This document shows, in pieces, positions 54,201 to 64,000 of a DNA stretch of 64,000 nucleotides. Position 1 is the stretch's first letter. Each line of letters starts with the position of its first letter. The notes under the pieces were generated by a model. That model was not told where the DNA came from. It was given only the letters and a program-made list of their open reading frames with translations, and searched no databases. A program made the position numbers and the translations under genes. Origin of the DNA: Raillietiella orientalis (lineage: Eukaryota); the NCBI GenBank assembly GCA_036172245.1, contig JAYWIR010000026.1, forward strand, positions 1,674,001 through 1,738,000. The letters are read 5' to 3'.

Positions 54201-57200
54201 TTCGTGCGCCTCCGAAGTACGTCCCGGCACGTGTCAAGTGTCACGTCGAAGTTGCATTCTACAGATGGTGGTGGCGGTGGTGGTGTCGTCTCTTCGGAGG
54301 GACATGCATTCGCGTCGTCGTTCTGTTCTGTTTTTTTTTTTTTTTCTTTCTTTCTTTCTTTCTTTCTTTCTTTCCTCTCCCCTTGTTGTTTGTTGTTGCC
54401 GCCCTTTCTATTTTCTATTTTTCCGTCCGGAATCGCCCGCTGCGGGAATTCCACAACCGTGTTTGTTTTGGCACGTCCAGCGTCACTGCGTATCTTCGCT
54501 CGTGTTCGGGCAATTATCACCCGAGGTGAGCAACTCGCGGAGAAGTTGCATTATTTTATCGTCGTTCTGCTCTAATGCTTTATTGATCGTCCTTTAAAGA
54601 ATCGTTTGCAGTGCTCCGTTTGTCCGAAACTCAGCGTGGGTTCGAATTTCGGATGCGGTGGTGCACACATCTTCGAAAGGTTGTTAATGAAACGTGACCC
54701 CCGCCTTGTCTTTCGCATTCCTCCTGGACCTCCTGCTTCACTGATGCGAATAGCTCTACGGGTTGCGAAAACCGGCGCAAGAAATGGCCAGCGCCTGTGG
54801 CAGTTTCTCCGTGGCGTATAATAGCCGTGACATCTTGATGTATTCTCAGCACGCAGGTCTTCGCATATCAGACACAATGGGTTTCCATTGTTCTGTTTTC
54901 GTTTTAACAGTAATCTCGAAACTTAACTCATTTGAGGATCTCATTGAAAACGAAACAATGGCTGTCGCTCACAGCATCATTTACGAGTTTCCGGAGAGGA
55001 GCCGTCGCATTCGCGGAGAGTTGCGAGATTTCCGCGGTCGCCAACGGCAAGCCCTGGTGCTGGCTGTTCTTTTTCTCCTTCTTCCATAAATGTAACAGCC
55101 GGGTGTAATCATTCACGTCATTGTAGACATCGCAGATCATTTCGCCATTGGTTTCTGTGTGCGTTGCACAATGGCCGGCCGGCCGCCCGTCGGAGCGCGA
55201 TCTCGAGAATGGGCGAAGCGACGGCCGTGTCCCTCGCGGCCTAATGGGAGATGCGCCTTTGTGATTTTTCCAGGACTCTTTTGTTCGGGCGGAACAACTG
55301 CTGCTGCTGCGGCGGCGGCGGCGGCGGCAGCCAGGAGGGCTCGCCGATATTCTTCCTCCTTCGAGGAGGAACGCCGGTGTGTTTGACCAAATTCGGAATC
55401 ACCCGGAGGTGTTTCGTTGGTCCGCTGCCGTACGAGTGGGGACCGCTTGGTGCCCCCCCATCCCCCCCCCCCACCACCACCCCCACTCCCAATAAATTTC
55501 GTCCGAGCGAACGGCAGTAAACATGGCGCTTTTTGGTCGGAATTCATCAGCGCGGTGTGGTTATTTATTCGGCCATGAAATCACCCAAGTTTCCCGTGTT
55601 TTCGTAATGGTGCTGATTGGGCTCGAGGGACGTGAGGGGTAAACTGCTGCTGCTGCTGCTGCTGCTGCTGCAGCCTCCACGCGTTTCGAGAAAAGGAGAA
55701 AAGTCCGCCCGCCGCTCCTTCTCGGTTTCCGCGTCGCCCCGACGTGATTGGTGGTCCTCGGAGTGGCGGGAAAGCCCTGGCTCCACGTGGGGAACGGTAT
55801 CAGCACGTCGCCTGCCGCGACATGGCATTGCTATCATCAGCAGCGGCAACGGCAACGTCTTTGCGACATCGTCCGCTGCTGCATCGTGGCCGATGTGTCA
55901 GCTTTGACAGCGAGCACCCTTGAGAGCGGGCGCGCGAGGCAGAAAAGCGGCGCGCAAGCCTCGTTCTTTGCATGCTCCGTTCGTCACGCTCCTCTCACGT
56001 GAAGGCACGGGTCGTGGATGCGTACGACAGCGTGGCTTGGCCAAAGTTGAACTCCTCGGCACGCAAGCGCGCGCGCACGGAGGGCACGATGTGCTCCCGA
56101 GACTCGCTTCCCGCACCGGGATCTCTACGCGCGCGCGTTGATGGGGGGGGGGGGGGACGCGTCTACCCCCCTCCTTGTCCGGCTTGCGCGGCCTTTTTTT
56201 TTTTTTTTTTTTTTTTTTTTCGGTTGCTTGGTTGGCTAACGTTCGAGAACGATCGTTCTCACCTGACCCTCATCTTCTTTGCTTAGAGCATCTGCCGAAG
56301 AATTCCAAACAGGAAAGATAGGTACGAGTGGGTTGCGCGGTAACGTTCACGCATCATGTTCCATTCCATTGCACGCAGATTCACCCCCCTCGACCTGGTG
56401 TCCATGGTACCTGGCCTCGGTTTGGTCATCGATCTCACCTTCACGAACAAGTACTATTTCCGGGAGGTAAAACCTTTGACCCCTCCCCCCAAGCTTTCGC
56501 CTCAGCCCTTTCTTCCTCTATACCTAGGAGATCGAGAACTGCGGCATCCAGTACGAAAAGATCTTCTGCGAAGGCAAGAGGGTCCCGTCCATCGAGGCCC
56601 AGCAGAGGTGAGGGAGCGCGGGGCGACCGACAGCTTTCCCTTTCACGCCTTTTGGCTTTCAGGTTTTTCTCCGCAGTCGACCGGTTTCTTCAGGAGAATA
56701 GCGCCAATGGTGAGTCTCTCCCGGCCCGCATCCCGAATAGCCTCAATGACTTCCCTTCCCTCCCCCCTGCCTCCCTTCAAAAAGATAAGTTGATAGGCGT
56801 TCATTGCACCCACGGAGTCAACCGCACGGGATACCTGATTTGCAAGTAAGTGCGGGGGGGGGGCGCCGTACGTGCTCGGGAGTGGGAACTCCACTGGCCA
56901 TGCCTTTCCCTCCCTCCCCCCTCCCTCCCCTGCTCCCCCTCCAGGTACCTGATTGAGCGATACGGGCGCGTGCCGCATCAAGCCATCCAGGGTGAGAGCA
57001 AAAAAAAAAAAATGGCGGCGAGCAGAGGGGGAGAGGCAATGCGTGCTTTTAGAGTTCTCCTCCGCGAGGGGCTACGTGATCGAGGAGTGCGAGTATCTGC
57101 AGGACCTGTCCCGCTGCTACCCCCTCAGACCGAACAGGTGAATCCCCGGGGAACCTTCCCTTCCCCGGGGGCGGGGTGGGGAGCTCTCGGGCAACGCACC

Positions 57201-57711
57201 TACCTCCGTGCCCAGGTCTCTGCACTACGACACGCTGGCCTGCCTGATGCTGCCGCCCAGCTCCCTTCCCAACGCTCCTCCTCCCAGCCCCCGCCCCCGG
57301 CCGAAGGGGCTGGGGATCCGCAGGTTCCACGGGACGCGCCACGTCGGCAAGCCCGAGTCGGAGCGGCCGCCGCAGCGGGAGGAGGAGGAAGAGGAAGAAG
57401 AGGAGGAGGAGTCCTTCCGTAGCGACGCCGACGAGCAGGACGAGAACAGCGGGGGCGCAGCCGTCGCCGCTGCTGCCGCCGCGGTGCACCACCAGGCGTC
57501 GCAGAAGAACTTCCGCAAGTTCTACAACGTCGACTTCCGGAAGGTTCCGCATGTCTATTCCGCCAACTGGGCCCACCTGGATTACCAGTGGCCTCCCGTG
57601 ACCGCCGCCATCAAGCCCGCAGCCTCGCGGCTGCTGCGGCCCGCCACCGCACAGGCCTGCCAGCAGCGACACTCCTTCTCCGAAAAGTACAATTCCTGGT
57701 ACAACGGGTAA
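42548..57711 (+). CDS. DUSP11: DUSP11/PIR1 RNA 5'-phosphatase (~349 aa)
   Basis: Exons 42548-42582, 45751-45826, 56287-56321, 56379-56466, 56528-56607, 56663-56709, 56785-56845, 56945-56991, 57053-57137, 57216-57711 (1050 nt, phases consistent). Contains VPERWMDYSKVG...RFIPFKVPL, GLVIDLTFTNKYY, the catalytic IGVHCTHGVNRTGYLIC and F..ARG..IE...YL.DL. No guanylyltransferase domain follows. Confidence 0.9.
43900..45240 (-). mobile_element. Penelope-like RT relic in DUSP11 intron 1
   Basis: MDTNAGNIAPINRK (cf. DKA.NN....K), RAVDFTEH (cf. DF..LY) and a frameshifted GIP(M)GTAA...DL. Confidence 0.4.
46280..47960 (-). mobile_element. Ty3/gypsy pol relic (RNase H then integrase) in DUSP11 intron 2
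   Basis: LTEDAETNCASVGGSSLARV (cf. L...E.NYS..E.E.LA.V) and VVARLDHCL (cf. TDH..L), with LQNLCEFAG (integrase-like) downstream. Confidence 0.35.
51174..51233. repeat. (GT)n microsatellite, ~30 units
   Basis: Read directly. Confidence 0.95.
51570..52930 (-). mobile_element. Penelope-like relic in DUSP11 intron 2
   Basis: LLYQDGHFHTAGSQRLPPTASSFL, TFVDA (cf. YVDD), ELFRKA (cf. VYRKP), then a GIY-YIG-like remnant. Confidence 0.3.
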
Positions 57712-57823
57712 CGTCCCCCTCCACGACGTTGGCGCGCACTCCCTCCGCTTCCACCCAACCGGGTCGCCGCCTCGTCTTCCGTGCCGATGTTCTCCCCAAG
57801 ACGTCCGTCCACGGGGACCGTTC

Positions 57824-57829
57824 AATAAA
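57824..57829 (+). promoter_or_regulatory. Candidate polyadenylation signal of DUSP11
   Basis: AATAAA in otherwise GC-rich sequence, ~115 nt after the stop. Confidence 0.7.
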
Positions 57830-58269
57830 AATGCCGACGTATCTGGACTGAATGGCCCCTGGCTTCAGTGGTCTCTCTCGTGCGTGGGTGGGTGGCCACC
57901 CGCACGCGGTAGCCACCTGGAGCGACGGCCGCGCGGCCGTTCGCTCGTAGTGCCCCATCTTCATGCAGGCGCCGGGAGAAAACTTCCCCGGCGCCACACA
58001 GCCCCCCTTCCTCCGTTCGCACCCCTCCCCCCTTCCCATTTCTCCTCCCCCGGCTTTTCGACTTTTTCCTCCTCGTGCGCGCGAGCGGGCGGGCGGGAGG
58101 GAGGGAGGGAAACTCTGAAGTGGCTTATCGTGTGTCGTTGCTTCCTCCCCGCTGCTGAAGAACGGGCAAAGGTGGAGGAGCAGTCTACCTCTTCTGAATG
58201 GATTCCCTCCTCAACCCTTTACTCGGTGCGCGTGCTCACCTGCTCCCCCGCCTCTTTGAGGGCGACGGG

Positions 58270-59400
58270 TTTTTCAACCACCTTTTCCCCGTTGTCGCTT
58301 CGTTCCCGCCCCCCATCCCAGCTGCGCACTGTTTTCGTGTGGACGCTCGCCGGCCCCGGCCTGCCCAGGCGTCTCGGAGCACACGCCCGACCTCACCCCG
58401 GGACTTCGCCTTCTCTTCGTGTCCCGCTGCTGCGAGGAGCGGCCGGCGAGGTGGACGCGCGCATCCGTCTGTCGCCGTCGGCTACCCCCGTCTGCTGCGC
58501 CCGTCGCAGGAGGCCGCATCGTCGTCGGTGCGGCCTCCTGCGACGTTCTGTTCGCTCTGTTTGCTCTCAGCCTCGCCCCGAGTTCTGCATGTTGTCGTGG
58601 AAAGGCAGCATCCGGCTACAGGAATGCGGTCTCCGGGTGCGTTCCGAGGTCTCCGTCCTTCGCGGCTGCTCTCCGGCGCCGCCGCCACTCGCGGACTCCT
58701 GCGCACGCGCGCGGCCTTCTCACTGCTGCCGCCGTTTTGGCAAGCGCGCGCTCTTTCGGACGGGAAAGGAAGGGAAGAGCAGAGTATCCAGGATTCCTCT
58801 GGCTGCTGTCAACGTCGCTCCCGGGAGTTACTTGGGCTCGCGCGTGTGTCCCCTGAAGGGACTGCAGCGGCGGAGACTCGCCCCATCGACGGGCGATCCG
58901 ACACGCATGCTGTAGGGCGGGCGATGGGGAGGTGGGGTGGGGGGTTACGCGCGCTGTCCGCAGCCGCGGCATTGTCCAGCGCCCTGCGACGTGCGGCGGC
59001 GGGCTGCCGGTCGAGTGCGCTTGCTGCCTCCGCCTCTGCCCAGAACCACGGCAGGGCGCGCTCAGCCGTCGCCTCCTTATCTCGACGCTCGGAGCGAGCG
59101 AGCACGGATGCTGACGAAAGTTCGCCTCGCGCGGAGTCCCCGCGAGCGCAGGCGGCAGCGGCCCGCTCTCTTTGCCACCTGACCCGCCGCGCGCCAGCAC
59201 GGCCCTGGGTTCCGGCGTGCGCGCGCGCGGGGTGGGGTAGACGTTTTTCGTGGCACCAGGCGGGGGCGGGTCCGAGGTCGCGGCGGTGCCGGCCCCGCTT
59301 GCTCTGGCCCCCCACTCCGTTCTCTTCTCCTCCCACTGCCACCGTCGTGCCAGCGCGTCACGTTTCGCCGGGCCGCAACGGAGCGGAACGTGGCGGCCAT
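58270..59400 (-). mobile_element. Ty1/copia pol relic (integrase, start of RT)
   Basis: RGDSARGELSS (cf. SDNGGEY.S), ALPWFWAEAEAASALDRQP (cf. LP..FWAEA..A.Y..NR.P) and VDSSQRNPGYS (cf. LD....F.GYS). Confidence 0.5.
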
Positions 59401-60479
59401 CTGGTTCCGCTCGCCCACCTGGGCACACCCTTGACACACACCGCGGAATGGGAGGGGGAAGGGGGGGAAATTCCTCTGCGCCCGCCGCCGATTTGGCCCA
59501 GGTTGCCCCCTTCCAGCGGATTTTGTCCGGACGTATACGGGAGACGAGGAGGGAAGCAGGGAAGATTTCCGTCCCGTTGCAACTGCAGCCGGTTGCGCGC
59601 ACGCACACGGGGCTCGCGCTCGCATGCCGAGTCCGCCGCCGCTGCTGCTCGCTTTCCCCCCCCCCCCCTCTCCCTTTGCAGGGCCACGACTCGAGGCGGC
59701 TCCTCCTGCCTTCTCCCACGTTCTCGCGAGACATGCGTTCGCGCTGCCGACCCGTCGTCGTCGTCCCTGCTGGAATTTCCCGGGAGAGCTGGAGGAGGAT
59801 TGTGCGGCGGCAACGACGACTTCGGCCGTACCCTGCGTTGCGGTGACCTCCCCACCCCCTTCTTGGCTGTTTACTCTGTCACCAATCTCCGGGAATGGCC
59901 CGCTCGGTCTCGGCTGCGCGGGCGGGGCGTTGTCAGCTTCTGTTCGCCCCCGTCGGCTGTGGAGCAGTGGACCTGCGAGCCGCTGCTGTCGACAGAAATC
60001 TCCTCCCTCCCTCCTGCTGCTCCCGTTCGCTCTCGGCCCATACTCGGAGGATTTTGCGGGCATTCCGAGGAGCGCAGGCGCAAGGCTTCCGGGGGAATGG
60101 GGAGATCTGCTGCCGCGCGGTTGTTGGCGTGACAGTGGGAAAGGCGCTCTCAGCCGCTCGCCCTACAGCAGCTCCTCTTGCGGCCACTCGCGGCGGCTGG
60201 CTTCCTCCGCTAGCGGGGTGGCAGTGGGACTGGCGAACGGTTCCCGCGGTGGTCTCGGGGTTCGGGGGGCCTCTTCCATGGACGAGCTGACGGCAGGTAG
60301 CGGGGCGGCGGCGCTCTCCGGTCCAAGGCCGCCGTGGGAAGATACGTCTGAAGGCGGAGACTTCCCTTCGCCCGTGCGGGCAGGCCGGGCGAAGCCTCGT
60401 AAATAAAGACACCGCGGAAGCAGAAGGGAGGCTGCGCCTACGAGAGGCCATAAAAGGGGAGAAGGGGGGGAGGGGCAGT

Positions 60480-61900
60480 AAATTCCCGGGGTTCGAACGG
60501 GAAGACGCTAACAATCATCGAGGGAGTCTGCGGAGGTGTGGAAAGAAGAGACCCTTCCCGGAAGAGACCCGGTCGCCCCGTGGCGATCGAAAGGAAGATG
60601 GGGAGGAGAGGTAGCTTCGGAAGCAGCGTTGGCAGAAACCGCCTAGCGGCTTCCCTTCTCCCCCTTCTGCGCGTCCCACTGTCCCGTCGATGTCGACGGC
60701 GGCCCATTTGCTGCCCTTTCAGCAGAACCTGAGGGAAGGGACGGGCAAATTCCTCTGCTGCAGGACCCGGTCTGTGGGGAGGACTCCTCGGAACAGGCCA
60801 CCACGAAGACATCAGGGAATTGGGAAAGGGGACGCACATGGTGAACCCGTCGTTCCTGACTCTCTTCCGTAGGCAGCGAAAGAGAGCAAAGCAACCACCG
60901 TGTGGCAAATCTTTGGCTCCCTCAGGAGCTCGCGGACACCTGTGCTCCCTCGAGGGCATCACTCCGTGGAGGTGCAGGGTGAGCCGATGTTGAGCTGGCA
61001 CAAATGAGCCAACGCCCGTGGGGGTTGCTCCAGTACGCCTCGTTCCCTGACGTTGGCGACGACCTTCTGCTAGCTCTCCCGTCCGCGGGGAATGCCCAGT
61101 GGAGAGAGAGGGGAAGCTGCTCTTCCCTCTCCCTTTTTCTTTCTGCTGTTTCCTCCCTGGTTTACGGAAGACAGACGCATGCGCACTTGTTCGCGCCGCG
61201 ACGCATCACCCTGGAAATCACGGTGCGACTCTAAGTTCCTCCCCAGGGAGGAGAATGACTGGACCGGGGGAAGAAAGAAGGAAGGCTCTGCGGAAACCTG
61301 TCCCCTTCTCTCAGAGGAGCGCCTGCACCGTGGCAACGGGAGGAGAGCTCTGTGCCTTTTACCGTTGCCAGGGATCTCGTCCTGTCTCTTCTGGCGAGTC
61401 ACTCCCTCAAGCTGTCAGCCGGAGAGGCGCTCACGCCTCCGCAGCCCACGAAGGACCGCAAGAAATGGCTATTCGGCCCTGAGTGCCCTTTTCCTATCAT
61501 CCACGGTGCCCCCGCGCCAGTGTGCGTTTCCCGCCTTTCCTGGAGCAGGAAGCCTGAGGACCTTCGTATGCCAGCGGTGACAGAGAGGAAAGCTCCGGCG
61601 GCGACGTTTGCGTGCCGGGCTAGCGCCGCCCCTCATCCCTGGCCTTCCTGATCGGGGACCGGGGGGCACCGTGCTTGTCCTGCCCCATTCATGAGGGTGG
61701 ACTCAGGAGTGGTCCGTCTCAGGACCTTGCTCCCCACAGGTATCTCTCGTCTTCCCAGCTTTTCCGCGGCTCCATCTCGCCCCGCTCTTACCTCTGCGTT
61801 GCGCGGCGGCGCACCTGAAGCACCAGTCCTCCTCCCTGTCGGGCGGCATGCGCCAGCCGGGAAGCGGCCGGCGGCATCCAGGCTGCTCCTCCTGCGCTAC
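60480..61900 (+). mobile_element. Penelope-like retroelement relic
   Basis: Ordered RPGRPVA...LAASLLPLL, DVGDDLL (cf. YVDD), EREGKL, VYGRQTHAHL (cf. VYRKPTHT..YL) and SGVVRL (cf. GIY-YIG SGVVY). Confidence 0.5.
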
Positions 61901-62699
61901 TTCCTGTCCGGCTGGAGGGAGGGGGCCAGGCGGATCGAGGGTCTCCCTAGACAAGGTCCCTTTAGGAGATGCTCCACCGGCAGCCTCCCCGTTCGCTTCA
62001 GGCCAGGCGTACCTTCCCTTCGCCGCCGCCTGATTCCGAGAGGGAAGGAAGAAGCGCAGGAGGCGCATCTCCCCAACATCAGAAGACGGGCTGGATGGGG
62101 CAGGTGAGGGGTCGGTCGGGCAAGGCATTGGTGGGCCGCGCTTCCACGAGCAGGGTTCCCCGTTCTCCCGTTCGCACTGCGACACTTCTTGCTCGCGGGC
62201 GGAGAGACGCGCCGGGCAGAGAGGAAGCACGAGAAGGGGAGCTGACGGTCCCACCTCTCCCGTTCGCCCCGCTCCGTGGGCGACCTTCCCACATGGAGGC
62301 TCCCATGGCGGAGATGCCCTGTGGAGGGCAGGGCAAATCTTCCCTGTCTCTGCCCTGGGAGAGGATCGCGCCGAGTTACCCCTCCGGTCTTTCCGGTCCG
62401 GAATATCCCTCCCCGGAGGATCTCTAGAGCGGGTGGGGGGGGGGGGGGGTAGGACGTCCTTGGGAGGTATCGGCCAAGGGACTACCCGCCTGCGCCTCTT
62501 CGCTGTCCCTCCACCTGCGGTCAGTCTCCGGAAGAGTGCAGCCAGGCAGGAGGGAGGGAGTTAGCGGAGCACTTCGCTCCTCCTTTTTTTTCCTTTCCCT
62601 CTTCCAACCCCCTCCTCTCAGAGCCGTGACCCATGCTCTGGTCAGCGGGTCAGTACTGCGCATCCGGCGGGAGGTCGACGACGAGGCGCATGGGAAGGG

Positions 62700-63900
62700 A
62701 CTCAGCGCCTTCGGGGAACACCAGGGACTCAGTAGGAGAAGCCTGAGGGGTCCTGTTGAGCTCCTGAGTGGCTCCCGGGATTCCGGGGGGCCTGAGACCC
62801 TGTTTCTTTCCAGAAGACTCTTGTGCATTTCCCTCCTTCCTGCCCCTCTTTACTTCTCCTTCCAGTATGCCCTTCCGCCGGGGGCTCTCTCGCCCGTGTA
62901 TCCCCTCCCTTGGGGTCTGGAGCCGATCTGAAAAGTATAGCTGCCAGAAGGTCCCTGGAGACACCCTTTCTGTCCCACTTCACCCGGGTGGGAAGGCTCC
63001 CCGGGGAGCACCCGAGAGGGCGAGGAACGCGTGGCAAACCCCGTCTTTTCTATGCCGACCTCGGGGCTTTTTTCCACCGCACTCCCGCGTTCAGAAGCGC
63101 CGTCTCGGGTGCCCCCGATCCACCCCACGAGGAGACGGGGAAGCAGATCAATCGGCGCTGCCTCTTCCCGGGTCCGGGAAGACGGGCGCGGAGGGAATCT
63201 CCTGGTTTCCCTGAAGGGACGCTTCTTCCCCTCCGCCTCCTGATCCCGAGGGGCGCACAGCTGGGGTGCTGCGGGCCAGACTCCGGGCTTCTCTCCCGTC
63301 CCCCGCGGGTGCTTCCGGTCATCCAGGGGAAGGGTGTGGTGACTTCCTTCTTCCCTCGCCCCTCCGTCCCGGATCCCCGCCTGCGGGGAGAGGAAGGAAC
63401 TCCCGTCATGTTCCCTCCTCGCGTTCGTCCCGCTCCCGGAATCGCACCGCCATCCCAGCCGGAACGACAAGAACGAGGCTTGACTTCTAGGACGAGCACA
63501 AGGGAGGACCCCTCCCCTTCCCCCCTCTCCCTTTCGTGCCATTCTCTCTCCCGGTTCCTTTGCGGAATTGCCCGGAGTCAGTTTCCGGGGTCGTCATTCC
63601 CGCCTTGCTCTCGGAGGAGGCAGGGGAAGGGCTCCAAAGACGTGGGTAGGATCGGTTATGGGTTCCTCCGGGGACGGCGCCCTCTCCCCGTTCCGCTGCT
63701 TCGCCTCCCTGCTCCGGTGGGGTCTGCAGAAGAGAATAAATCTCAGGGGAGCGCCCCGTGGTCCAGCAGGATGTCATTATCCCTCGCGGAAGAGACTGCT
63801 GCTGCAATTAGAGGAAGATGGCGGCGGCGCCCGGGACGGCGGCGGCGGTCGTCGCCGGGAGCGGGGCCGCCGCTTCCCGGTGCAATGATTAGGATCTCCG
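62700..63900 (+). mobile_element. CR1/L2/Jockey-like LINE RT relic
   Basis: SGGPETLFLSRRLL...PAPLYFSFQYALPPG...W (cf. S.GPD....LL...LA.PL..IF..SL..G..P..W) and SFRGRHSRLALGG...GALSP (cf. SFL..R.QRV...G...GS.L.P). Confidence 0.45.
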
Positions 63901-64000
63901 GCCATGAAATTACCCTCATCTTCGGTGGGCAGCCGGGGTATCCGCCGTTCTGTCAGGCTCCGCGGGTGATGGATGGCTTCCATGGGAACGGTCTCGCCGC

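Noticed and set aside
54630..54660. tRNA/SINE B-box-like GGTTCGAAT
   Set aside because: No A-box or cloverleaf; similar isolated hits elsewhere are also unsupported.
56785..56845. mRNA capping enzyme (RNGTT) assignment
   Set aside because: No guanylyltransferase domain follows; the protein ends in a low-complexity tail, as DUSP11 does.
58198..60132. 644-aa ORF and the many other long overlapping ORFs in GC-rich blocks
   Set aside because: Arg/Ala/Pro/Gly-rich with no domain, and open in several frames at once. This is expected when stop codons are scarce at high GC; the opposite strand carries Copia remnants.

Overview
Eukaryotic animal nuclear DNA, most likely from an arthropod (inferred from the Dof/stumps, multi-repeat stathmin and twins-like genes and the rrnS-rrnL-nad1 mitochondrial order). 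Five spliced genes were reconstructed by hand from GT-AG boundaries and reading-frame continuity: PREB/Sec12 (5'-partial), stathmin, Dof/BCAP, PP2A-B55 (twins) and DUSP11/PIR1. A decayed ~2 kb mitochondrial insertion (NUMT: nad1, rrnL, rrnS) lies at ~3.0-5.1 kb. Most of the rest is heavily decayed transposon sequence (Penelope-like, LINE, Copia, Gypsy, piggyBac, pogo). These were recognised only from degenerate motifs, so their boundaries are approximate. The window alternates between AT-rich blocks (~1-8 kb, ~33.7-45 kb) and very GC-rich, CpG-rich blocks (~8-33.7 kb, ~45-64 kb). DUSP11 spans one boundary, and codon GC3 and minimal intron size both shift with the block. Most long ORFs in the GC-rich blocks are artefacts of base composition. 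I found no CRISPR, prokaryotic or clearly novel multi-gene system. The most unusual signals are the compositional mosaic, the NUMT, a TIR-bearing short Dof, an X-box-like minisatellite and a perfect hairpin.
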